Shown here: piece by piece, positions 27,959 through 35,721 of the stretch | Numbering within the stretch: position 1 is the first letter of the stretch | Layout of the letters: each line of letters begins with the position of its first letter | NCBI GenBank assembly: GCA_964467255.1 | Contig: CAYXPR010000001.1 | Span: forward strand, 173,163-237,162 | Source: an uncultured Rickettsiales bacterium | Lineage (GTDB): Bacteria; Pseudomonadota; Alphaproteobacteria; Rickettsiales; RGZB01 | Reading direction: 5' to 3' | Length of the DNA: 64,000 bases | Position numbers and translations under genes: made by a program | The notes under the pieces: generated by a model | What the model was told of the DNA's origin: nothing | Databases searched by the model: none | What the model saw: only the letters and a program-made list of their open reading frames with translations

Positions 27959-28866
27959 TGCCGACCGCCGCGGAGCAGCTGATGGCGCGCCTGCCCAAAG
28001 TGCGCGGCAGCTATCGACCCGATTATCAACTTTCCAAAATCAACTGGTTTCAAGTGGGCGGCCCGGCGGACGTGCTGTTCCGGCCGGAAGATTTTGACGA
28101 CCTAGTACACTTCTTGAAAGAAAAGCCGCAGGACATTCCAGTAACGCTGGTGGGTGTTGGCTCGAATCTTTTGGTGCGTGATGGTGGCGTGGAAGGCGTG
28201 GTGATTCGCCTTGCACGCGGCTTTACTGACATCACCGTGCAGGGCGATGAGGTTACCGCAGGCTGCGGCGCACTTGATGTGAACGTGGCGCTCACCGCGC
28301 AGCAGCATGGTGTGGGTGGCCTTGAGTTTTTAAGCGGCATCCCCGGCACAATTGGCGGCGCGCTCGTGATGAACGCCGGTGCGTATGGCAAAGAAACGAA
28401 AGACGTGCTGCTATGGGCTGAGGCGCTGGATGAAAAGGGCGGCATCCACCGCCTGACCTGCGAACAGATGCATTTCAGCTACCGCAAAAGTGGAGTGAAC
28501 CCGAACTGGATTTTTGTACGCGGCATTTTTAAAGGCCAGAAGGCAGAACCTGCCGCGATTGCAGAAAAAATGCAGCAGATTAACAGCCAGCGCGAAAGCA
28601 CACAGCCGGTGCGCGAACGCACCACTGGCAGCACCTTTGCGAACCCACCCGGTAAAAAAGCATGGCAACTGATTGACGAAGCCGGTGGCCGCGGGTTACA
28701 AATTGGTGGCGCGAAGATGTCGGACATGCATTGTAATTTTATGATTAACACCGGCACGGCGACTGCCGCTGACCTTGAGAATTTGGGGGAAGAAGTGCGT
28801 CGCCGCGTGAAAGAAAAAAGTGGTGTGGAACTGCACTGGGAAGTGCGCCGCATCGGCCGTAAATAA
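27958..28866 (+). CDS. murB: UDP-N-acetylenolpyruvoylglucosamine reductase
   Basis: FAD-binding N-terminus (VGGPADVLFRP, LVGVGSNLLVRDGG) and C-terminal GSTFANP motif. 1-nt overlap with the murC stop. Confidence 0.92.
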   Translation: MPTAAEQLMARLPKVRGSYRPDYQLSKINWFQVGGPADVLFRPEDFDDLVHFLKEKPQDIPVTLVGVGSNLLVRDGGVEGVVIRLARGFTDITVQGDEVTAGCGALDVNVALTAQQHGVGGLEFLSGIPGTIGGALVMNAGAYGKETKDVLLWAEALDEKGGIHRLTCEQMHFSYRKSGVNPNWIFVRGIFKGQKAEPAAIAEKMQQINSQRESTQPVRERTTGSTFANPPGKKAWQLIDEAGGRGLQIGGAKMSDMHCNFMINTGTATAADLENLGEEVRRRVKEKSGVELHWEVRRIGRK

Positions 28867-28885
28867 AGAAACGTAGGTAAAGATC

Positions 28886-29800
28886 ATGGGTATTGTTCAC
28901 GTGGCTGTTCTGAAAGGCGGCCTTTCTGCAGAACGCGAAGTGTCGCTCAAAAGCGGGGGTGCTGTGGCAGAAGCATTGCGCAGCCTTGGCTATCGCGTGA
29001 CGGAGGTGGATATGGACCACGGCCTTGCGCAGCAGCTGGACAGCATTAAACCAAACGTGGTGTTTAATGCGCTGCATGGTACCTATGGCGAAGATGGTTG
29101 CGTGCCCGGCCTTTTGGAAGTAATGGGCATTCCTTATACGCACTCTGGTGTTCTGGCTTCTGCCGTGGCGATGGATAAGCCCATGGCCAAGCGCATTTTT
29201 GAAGGCGCAGGTATACGCTGCGCGCCGGGTAAAGTGGTGCGGGGCGAGGAGGCGATTAAAGGCCATGTGCTGGACAGGCCCTATGTGCTGAAGCCCGTGG
29301 CGAATGGCTCGAGCGTGGGCGTGTATATTGTGAAGAAGGGCGACCCTGTGCCTGTGAAGGCAGGAGATGTGGACCCTGAAGAATTGCTGCTGGCCGAAGA
29401 ATTCATCGAGGGTAAAGAACTGACCGTTGGTGTGATGGACGGCAAATTACTGGGCATTATTGAAGTGCGCCCCAAGCAAGGCTTTTACGATTATAAAAAC
29501 AAATATACCTCAGGTATGACGGAATATATTATTCCTGCGCCGATTGAGAAAAACATCGCCAAGAAAGTAGAAGAAATGGCCGTGAAAGCCCATGAAGTGC
29601 TTGGGTGCCGTGGCGTGAGTCGTGCGGATCTGCGCTTTGATGAAACCAAGGGCGAGAAGGGGCTGTATATGCTGGAGGTGAATACACATCCGGGCATGAC
29701 GGCGACATCGCTGGTGCCGAAAATGGCGGCAAGTCAAGGTATGAGCTTCCCCGATTTGGTGGAAAGAATTTTGAAAACCGCGCGGCTGGAAAATGCCTAG
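28886..29800 (+). CDS. ddl: D-alanine--D-alanine ligase
   Basis: ALHGTYGEDGCVPGLLE, ATP-grasp core, LEVNTHPGMT. Confidence 0.93.
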   Translation: MGIVHVAVLKGGLSAEREVSLKSGGAVAEALRSLGYRVTEVDMDHGLAQQLDSIKPNVVFNALHGTYGEDGCVPGLLEVMGIPYTHSGVLASAVAMDKPMAKRIFEGAGIRCAPGKVVRGEEAIKGHVLDRPYVLKPVANGSSVGVYIVKKGDPVPVKAGDVDPEELLLAEEFIEGKELTVGVMDGKLLGIIEVRPKQGFYDYKNKYTSGMTEYIIPAPIEKNIAKKVEEMAVKAHEVLGCRGVSRADLRFDETKGEKGLYMLEVNTHPGMTATSLVPKMAASQGMSFPDLVERILKTARLENA

Positions 29801-30653
29801 GAAGCAGCAAAGGCCTGCCTATAAAACCTCACGCAGCTATGCGGATAAGAATAAACGCATTGCCTATAAACGCCGCGCACGCTTGTGGGTGCGACGCAGC
29901 GTGCATGTGGCACTGCTTTTATTGGTGCTTGGATTTTTGATCCACACGGGTTGGACGTGGTATCACGGGAATATCGGCACCATGCGTGAGAATTTTGGCT
30001 TGAAGCTGATTGAGTATTCGAAGAAGCTCGGCCTTACCCTTGAGAATGTGTACATCAGCGGCCAGTATAATCTGCAAACCGAAGAAGTAACGGAAGCGCT
30101 GGCACTGCGGCAGGGCGAACCCATTATGGATATTTCACTGAACGAGTTGAAAGATAAAGTGGAAGCGCTTGGCTGGGTGCGTGAAGCAACGATTGAGCGC
30201 CAGCTGCCCGGCACACTGCATGTACGCATTGTGGAGCGCCGCCCCGTGGCGATTTGGCAGAATCAGGGCGAGCTGCGGCTGGTGGATATTGAAGGAAAAA
30301 TTATCACCAAGGGCGTGGAGGGTGCAAAAGAGAATTTTGGCAACCTGCCGATTGTGGTAGGCGAAAATGCCAACGCGCATGTCAGTGTGGTATTTGGATT
30401 TTTAATGAAAGAACCCGAGCTTTTTATGCTGGTTTCTTCCGTAATTCGCGTGGGTGACAGGCGTTGGAATGTGCGCCTTAAAAACGGTATGGAAGTAAAG
30501 CTACCAGAGAAGCAGCCGGACGTTGCGTGGCGGTACTTCGGTAAGTTGAACCGCGAGAAGGCTATTTTAAAGCGCGATATTGAATCGGTTGATTTGCGCC
30601 TCCCTGACCGTGTTTTCATTAAAACACGCAACGGCCAAGCGATTACGCCATAG
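29793..30653 (+). CDS. ftsQ: Cell division protein FtsQ
   Basis: Basic N-terminus, a single TM (VHVALLLLVLGFLI), and a POTRA-like region (VYISGQYNLQTEEV...LGWVREATIERQLPGTLHVRIVERRPVA). Canonical position. Confidence 0.88.
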   Translation: MPRKQQRPAYKTSRSYADKNKRIAYKRRARLWVRRSVHVALLLLVLGFLIHTGWTWYHGNIGTMRENFGLKLIEYSKKLGLTLENVYISGQYNLQTEEVTEALALRQGEPIMDISLNELKDKVEALGWVREATIERQLPGTLHVRIVERRPVAIWQNQGELRLVDIEGKIITKGVEGAKENFGNLPIVVGENANAHVSVVFGFLMKEPELFMLVSSVIRVGDRRWNVRLKNGMEVKLPEKQPDVAWRYFGKLNREKAILKRDIESVDLRLPDRVFIKTRNGQAITP

Positions 30654-30688
30654 CAAGCACCGGATTTTTTTGATACAACTATTGCCCT

Positions 30689-31945
30689 ATGCGTAGCGAA
30701 ATTATTGCCATACTGGATATTGGTAGCTCCAAAATTGTGTGCCTGATTGCCGAGGTGGACCCCAGTGGCCGCCCGAAAATTATTGGTATTGGGCATCAGG
30801 TGTCGCAGGGCATCCGCGGTGGTATGGTGATTGATATCAAGCAGGCCGAAGGCGCGATTGTGGCTGCTGTGCATGCCGCTGAAAAAATGGCAGGTGACAC
30901 GATTGACCGTGTGTTTATCAATGTGTCTGCCACGAACCTCACCTCGCGCAACCTGAAGGTGGAAACGAATATTTCCGGCACACAGGTGACAGACCGCGAC
31001 ATTCAGGAAATCATCAGCGAAGGCATTCAGTATTTTTCCAAAGATGATTTGGAAGTGCTGCACCCCATTCCGATGGATTATCAACTTGACCACACCGAGG
31101 GTATCCGCGACCCGCGCGGTATGACGGGCGACAAGCTCAGCACCAACATGCATGTGATTACCTCTTCCACCACGGCCATCAAAAACTTGGCGAACTGTCT
31201 GGCGCGTTGCCATCTGGATATTGAGGATTGCGTGGCAGCACCCTATGCCTCGGGCCTTGCATGTTTAACGGAAGATGAAAAAAATCTGGGCGTGATTTTG
31301 CTCGACATTGGTGGCGGAAATACCTCCGTTGCGGTGTTCGCTAACGGCAATATTACCTACACGAACAACGTGCCGATTGGCGGCCAGCACATTACGCGGG
31401 ATATTGCGCGCGGCCTTTCGACCTCACTGCACGCCGCAGAGCGCATCAAGACATTATACGGTTCGGCGGTGAGCATGCCCGGTGAGCGGCAGGAAGTGGT
31501 AGATGTGCCGATTTACGATGAGAACGCCGAAGAAGGTGTGGATGACCCGCGGGAGACGATGCATGTGTCGCGTGCGGAATTGATGAGCATCATCCGCCCG
31601 CGTGTGGAAGAAATTCTGGAATTGGCAAAAAAGAAAATCCGCGCCGCAGGTGCTGCTGAAACAGAAGGTTCACGCATTGTGCTGACGGGCGGCACCGCGC
31701 AGCTGATGGGTATTAAAGATTTAGCGGGTGAAGTGTTCGGCCGGCAGGCGCGCATCGGCAAGCCGAGTGTGGTGGAAGGCATGGCGGAGTCCACCAAGGG
31801 CCCAGCCTTTACCTGTGCGATCGGTATGCTGAAATACGCGCTGATAAAAGATGGTTTGGCGCCGGAGAACTTTGGTTCAGGTCATTCGCTGTTTACGCGC
31901 GGGAAGATCGGCAAACTGGTACAGTGGTTCCAGCAGAATTTTTAA
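30689..31945 (+). CDS. ftsA: Cell division protein FtsA
   Basis: Actin-fold motifs (ILDIGSSKIVCLI, LLDIGGGNTSVAVF, VLTGGTAQLMGI). 418 aa. Confidence 0.94.
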   Translation: MRSEIIAILDIGSSKIVCLIAEVDPSGRPKIIGIGHQVSQGIRGGMVIDIKQAEGAIVAAVHAAEKMAGDTIDRVFINVSATNLTSRNLKVETNISGTQVTDRDIQEIISEGIQYFSKDDLEVLHPIPMDYQLDHTEGIRDPRGMTGDKLSTNMHVITSSTTAIKNLANCLARCHLDIEDCVAAPYASGLACLTEDEKNLGVILLDIGGGNTSVAVFANGNITYTNNVPIGGQHITRDIARGLSTSLHAAERIKTLYGSAVSMPGERQEVVDVPIYDENAEEGVDDPRETMHVSRAELMSIIRPRVEEILELAKKKIRAAGAAETEGSRIVLTGGTAQLMGIKDLAGEVFGRQARIGKPSVVEGMAESTKGPAFTCAIGMLKYALIKDGLAPENFGSGHSLFTRGKIGKLVQWFQQNF

Positions 31946-31954
31946 GGCTATAAG

Positions 31955-32320
31955 TTAGCCGCGGGAAAAACCACTGCTTTTTGCGGGGCCGCTAGGTTGT
32001 TGCGGCGTAGGGGCGCTGACCTCATTATTTGCAGAAGAGGATGTTCCAAGCGCAAAATCCCTAGAGCTAAATTCACCTTGCGCCAGCACGCTACCAAAGC
32101 GGCCTTGGCTTTGCGGCGCTTCCTGTGCGCTTCTTACTTCAGCGCCATACTCGGATGATGCAACGGGTTCATGGCTGTGCTTTGTCTTAACATCAATGTC
32201 TTTTTCCGGCGGGTCAGCATCTCCGGCAATGAGGCCTACGACCAAAGTAAAGGCCTGCACAGCCTTTGCAAAAGTGGTGTTCCCATTCATTTTTTCCATT
32301 ATGCCCATGGTTCTTGCCAT
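31955..32320 (-). CDS. Hypothetical small protein (121 aa): one hydrophobic segment plus a polar low-complexity tail; paralogue of the next ORF
   Basis: With its neighbour, the only long ORF in any frame of the ftsA-ftsZ gap. Shares TF.K...A...VV.GLI.GD with ORF 32328..32762. The start is ambiguous (M1/M5/M8/M11, weak SDs). Confidence 0.45.
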   Translation of the reverse strand: MARTMGIMEKMNGNTTFAKAVQAFTLVVGLIAGDADPPEKDIDVKTKHSHEPVASSEYGAEVRSAQEAPQSQGRFGSVLAQGEFSSRDFALGTSSSANNEVSAPTPQQPSGPAKSSGFSRG

Positions 32321-32327
32321 TCCATAA

Positions 32328-32762
32328 TTATATAGATCTGCCGCCGTCTTTTTTTACCTCTGTTGAAGGCGTTTCAGACTGCGGCCTTTTTAAAATATGA
32401 CTAAGGATGGACGCAAGATCAACTGCGCCATTCTCTTTCAGTCTACCAGCAAAAGGCCTTTCGATCACTAGCCCGTTCGCTTGGGATACGGAAAGCGGTT
32501 TGCTTTCAACCGCTTTCTCATCGTCTTCCTGTTTTAAGCCGTCTTTTTGGTTAGAGGCGTGTAAGATAGTTTTGGCAGTATCATCCCTTTGAGTCTGTGT
32601 TTCGCCTCGGGCAAGATCGCCTGGAATTAAACCCGCCACGACGATGAGTGCCGCTTTGGCCCATTTCATGAAGGTCTCCGAAAGGCCAAATCGTAAATCG
32701 TGCGTAACTTCGTCGCGTCCGGCGAGCTTGTTTTCAGGGGCTGTATTGGGTTCATCTGGCAT
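32328..32762 (-). CDS. Hypothetical small protein (144 aa): one hydrophobic segment plus a polar low-complexity tail; paralogue of the previous ORF
   Basis: SD AGAGG lies ~9 nt upstream of the ATG at 32762. Motif ETFMKWAKAALIVVAGLIPGD. No family recognised. Confidence 0.55.
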   Translation of the reverse strand: MPDEPNTAPENKLAGRDEVTHDLRFGLSETFMKWAKAALIVVAGLIPGDLARGETQTQRDDTAKTILHASNQKDGLKQEDDEKAVESKPLSVSQANGLVIERPFAGRLKENGAVDLASILSHILKRPQSETPSTEVKKDGGRSI

Positions 32763-32797
32763 AAAAATACCTCTAGTTACAGACTATCGCAGATTTG

Positions 32798-32812
32798 TTA
32801 ATAAAACCTTAA
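32798..32812. promoter_or_regulatory. Candidate CtrA box (TTAA-N7-TTAA)
   Basis: TTAAtaaaaccTTAA is an exact match to the spacing and half-sites of the CtrA consensus. It sits in the divergent region between ORF144 and ftsZ. The context is AT-rich, so a chance match is possible. Confidence 0.35.
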
Positions 32813-32922
32813 TCCAGACGTAGACAGAGAAGAAAAAGCCATTGTAATTTGGCGCGGAGTGGTATCGAAATGGGCGGTTTTGCAGGGCAAAATGAGGCCG
32901 CCATTAAAAGGCGTTATGTGGT

Positions 32923-32960
32923 ATATTGTGGTTGCGGCGGCCACAATATGTTGATATAAA
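32923..32960 (+). promoter_or_regulatory. 9-bp inverted repeat overlapping a putative ftsZ promoter
   Basis: ATATTGTGG (32923..32931) and CCACAATAT (32941..32949) are separated by 9 nt. A possible -35 TTGCGG (32932..32937) and -10 TATAAA (32955..32960) have a 17-nt spacer, ~50 bp upstream of the ftsZ ATG. Confidence 0.3.
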
Positions 32961-33009
32961 TGGCTATTACTCGTTTATTTAACCCCCTGCATGTAGCTAA
33001 GGAGCGCAC

Positions 33010-34596
33010 ATGACCATTAACCTGCAACTGCCCAAAAAACCCTACCTGAAACCCTCAATCACCGTATTTGGGGTGGGTGGCGCAGGTGGTAATGCTGTGA
33101 ATAATATGATTTCCGCCCGTTTAGAGGGTGTGAATTTCGTGATTGCGAATACGGACGCGCAGGCGGTCGAACATTCGCTTTCCGAGCAGCGCATTCAGCT
33201 GGGTGAAAGCATTACGCAGGGTTTGGGTGCCGGTTCTTACCCAGAAGTGGGCCGCGCAGCGGCGGAGGAATCCACCGAAGAAGTATTAGATCATCTGCAA
33301 GGCAGCAACATGGTGTTCGTGACCGCCGGTATGGGCGGTGGTACGGGTACGGGTGCTGCGCCGGTGGTGGCGCGTCTTGCACGTGAGCAGGGCATCCTGA
33401 CGGTAGCTGTGGTGACCAAGCCATTCCATTTTGAAGGCTCGCACCGTATGCGTGTGGCCGAGCAGGGCATCGAAGAATTGCAGAAATATGTAGATACGCT
33501 GATTATCATTCCGAACCAGAATTTGTTCCGTGTGGCTGATAAAAGCACCACATTCAAAGATGCATTCAAAATGGCCGATGACGTGCTGCGCCAAGGTGTG
33601 CAGGGCATTACGGACCTGATGGTGATGCCGGGTCTTATCAACCTTGATTTTGCTGACATTCGCAGTGTGATGAGTGAAATGGGCAAAGCCATGATGGGCA
33701 CCGGTCAAGCGCAGGGCGATGGCCGTGCGACGCAGGCTGCCGAAGCTGCTATTTCCAACCCGCTGCTGGATAATGTTTCAATGAAAGGCGCCAAAGGCGT
33801 GCTCATTAATATTACGGGCGGTGCCGACCTGACGCTGTTTGAAGTGGATGAAGCCGCAAACCGCATCCGTGACGAAGTCGACCCTGATGCAAACATCATT
33901 TTCGGCTCTACGTTTGATGAAACACTGGAAGGCTCCATCCGTGTGTCGGTGGTGGCAACCGGTATTGAAAACGAAGTGGGCTATCAGCGCCGCGATACGC
34001 ACAAAGCCTCTGCGCCACAACAGCAGTCGCGCCGTGTAGAAACGCATGCCGTAGCCGCGCAGGATATATATGAAGAAGAAGCGCCCGCGCAGGCAATCCC
34101 TACGATTCGCCTGAAATCCGCCCGCCCGACAGAAGATCAGGTGAGCCCGATTGCTGCGAGCGTGCGTGACATTATTAAAGGTGCTGCACAGGATGAAGAT
34201 GAATCGGTGTTTATTGCACCGGAAGTGCTTGAGCCGGAAGAAATTCCAGTCGCGCAGTATCGTGCTACCAGCCCTGCGCCGCGTGCGCCGGAAGCAGATT
34301 CCCGCGCTGCTGCAGGCATGAAAGCAGAGGGCCGCCGTTTGAATATTGCGCCTGCTGTGACCCATGCTGATGTGCAGTCATCTGAAGATAATGACGCGGG
34401 GAGGCGCGGCCGCGGCTTCCCTTTTTTCGGTTTCGGAAATAGCCGCAGGGACGAAGTAGACGCACCACGCGAATATGAGCGTGCAGCGGTTTCTTCCTCG
34501 GTTAGCGTGAGCGAAAAATCCCGCGAGGAAGACCTTTTTGCCCGCGATGATTTAGATATTCCGGCGTATCTGCGCCGCACGAAACCCGCTAATTAA
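33010..34596 (+). CDS. ftsZ: Cell division GTPase FtsZ (long disordered linker, conserved C-terminal peptide)
   Basis: [11 protein letters not shown] and [10 protein letters not shown] tubulin signature. The linker of roughly 170 residues is low-complexity. The C-terminal [11 protein letters not shown] peptide is present. Confidence 0.96.
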   Translation: MTINLQLPKKPYLKPSITVFGVGGAGGNAVNNMISARLEGVNFVIANTDAQAVEHSLSEQRIQLGESITQGLGAGSYPEVGRAAAEESTEEVLDHLQGSNMVFVTAGMGGGTGTGAAPVVARLAREQGILTVAVVTKPFHFEGSHRMRVAEQGIEELQKYVDTLIIIPNQNLFRVADKSTTFKDAFKMADDVLRQGVQGITDLMVMPGLINLDFADIRSVMSEMGKAMMGTGQAQGDGRATQAAEAAISNPLLDNVSMKGAKGVLINITGGADLTLFEVDEAANRIRDEVDPDANIIFGSTFDETLEGSIRVSVVATGIENEVGYQRRDTHKASAPQQQSRRVETHAVAAQDIYEEEAPAQAIPTIRLKSARPTEDQVSPIAASVRDIIKGAAQDEDESVFIAPEVLEPEEIPVAQYRATSPAPRAPEADSRAAAGMKAEGRRLNIAPAVTHADVQSSEDNDAGRRGRGFPFFGFGNSRRDEVDAPREYERAAVSSSVSVSEKSREEDLFARDDLDIPAYLRRTKPAN

Positions 34597-34616
34597 TTGG
34601 GTTTCCTGCGATTTAC

Positions 34617-34650
34617 AAAAAGAGGCAGTCCACACGGACTGCCTCTTTTT
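34617..34650 (+). terminator. Rho-independent terminator after ftsZ
   Basis: AAAAAGAGGCAGTCC-acac-GGACTGCCTCTTTTT: an 11-bp GC-rich stem, 4-nt loop and T-run. The flanking A-run makes it potentially bidirectional. Confidence 0.85.
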
Positions 34651-34667
34651 GTAACAATTTGTAACAA
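34648..34667 (+). promoter_or_regulatory. Perfect tandem 10-mer TTTGTAACAA x2 (GTAAC-N5-GTAAC) upstream of lpxC
   Basis: 34648..34657 and 34658..34667 are identical. The repeat lies between the ftsZ terminator and the lpxC start. Confidence 0.3.
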
Positions 34668-34710
34668 AGATTTCATTGCTCCGCCGCAGCCCTGTTGGTA
34701 CTTCTCATAG

Positions 34711-35652
34711 TTGAGAATAATTATTAACCATCAGGACTACCTTACCGTGACATTCCCCTACCAGCATACGCTTGCACATAAAATCAGCTGCGAAGGCATT
34801 GGCCTGCATACCGGCAAAAAGGTGAAAATGACGCTTCACCCTGCCGAAGAAGACGTAGGCATTGTATTCCGCCGTAACGATGTAAAAGGTGAAGCAGGTT
34901 ATATTCAAGCCAGCTATTTAAATGTTTCGAGCACGAACCTCGGCACAACGCTCACGAACAATGCAGGCTATTCGGTTGCAACGGTAGAGCACTTGATGGC
35001 AGCCTTCTGGGGCTGCAGCGTGGATAACGCCATGGTGGAACTGGATGGGCCAGAAATCCCTATTATGGATGGCAGCTCTGAACCGTTTGTGTTCTTGCTG
35101 GAATGCGCCAGTGTGGTGAAGCAAGCCAAACACCGCCGCGTGATTGAAGTATTGAAAAAAATAGAAGTGACGGACGACAATAAGCGCGTGGCGATTATGC
35201 CATCGGACAGCTTTTCTGTGAGCTTGGAAATAGATTTCCACGACAAGATTATCTCCAGCCAGTCCTGCGTATTTAACAGCGCCGACGTTTCTTTTAAGTC
35301 AGACCTGTGCCGCGCACGTTCTTTCTGCTTCGAGCATGAAGTGGATATGATGCGCAAAGCCGGCCTCGCTCAAGGCGGCTCGCTCGACAACGCCATTGTG
35401 GTGGGTAAAGAAGGCGTGCTGAATGAAGGCGGCCTTCGCTACCGTGATGAATTCGTGCGCCACAAGGTGCTGGACTGCATCGGTGATTTTTACCTGACGA
35501 ATGCATTTGTGCTGGGCCGTTTCCACGGCTTCCGCTCGGGCCATGCGCTCAACAACAAATTGCTGCGTAGCTTCTTTGCGGATAAAGACGCATGGCGCGT
35601 GGTGAAAGCGCCGGAAGAGCTGACCTTTCCGCCGAGTTTTGTGAACGCCTAA
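34711..35652 (+). CDS. lpxC: UDP-3-O-acyl-N-acetylglucosamine deacetylase
   Basis: QHTLAHKISCEGIGLHTGKKVKMTLHPA, TVEHLMAA, and HKVLDCIGD motifs. The longest ORF starts at TTG 34711; GTG at 34747 is an alternative start. Confidence 0.92.
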   Translation: MRIIINHQDYLTVTFPYQHTLAHKISCEGIGLHTGKKVKMTLHPAEEDVGIVFRRNDVKGEAGYIQASYLNVSSTNLGTTLTNNAGYSVATVEHLMAAFWGCSVDNAMVELDGPEIPIMDGSSEPFVFLLECASVVKQAKHRRVIEVLKKIEVTDDNKRVAIMPSDSFSVSLEIDFHDKIISSQSCVFNSADVSFKSDLCRARSFCFEHEVDMMRKAGLAQGGSLDNAIVVGKEGVLNEGGLRYRDEFVRHKVLDCIGDFYLTNAFVLGRFHGFRSGHALNNKLLRSFFADKDAWRVVKAPEELTFPPSFVNA

Positions 35653-35721
35653 ACCTCGCGCACTATTTCCTTGAAAAATTGCTGTTTATCCGGCTTTATG
35701 GCCTAGCGGGAATGTGCCCGT

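Noticed and set aside
30263-31213. A 316-aa ORF antisense to ftsQ/ftsA. Similar long antisense ORFs occur at 16054..16686, 13900..14571, 23007..23624, 33778..34365, 39399..39983, 55859..56509 and 6388..6960.
   Set aside because: Each lies entirely opposite a strongly recognisable conserved gene. Their translations are His/Arg/Phe/Cys-rich with no motifs. This is the typical shadow-ORF pattern created by the codon bias of the real gene on the other strand.
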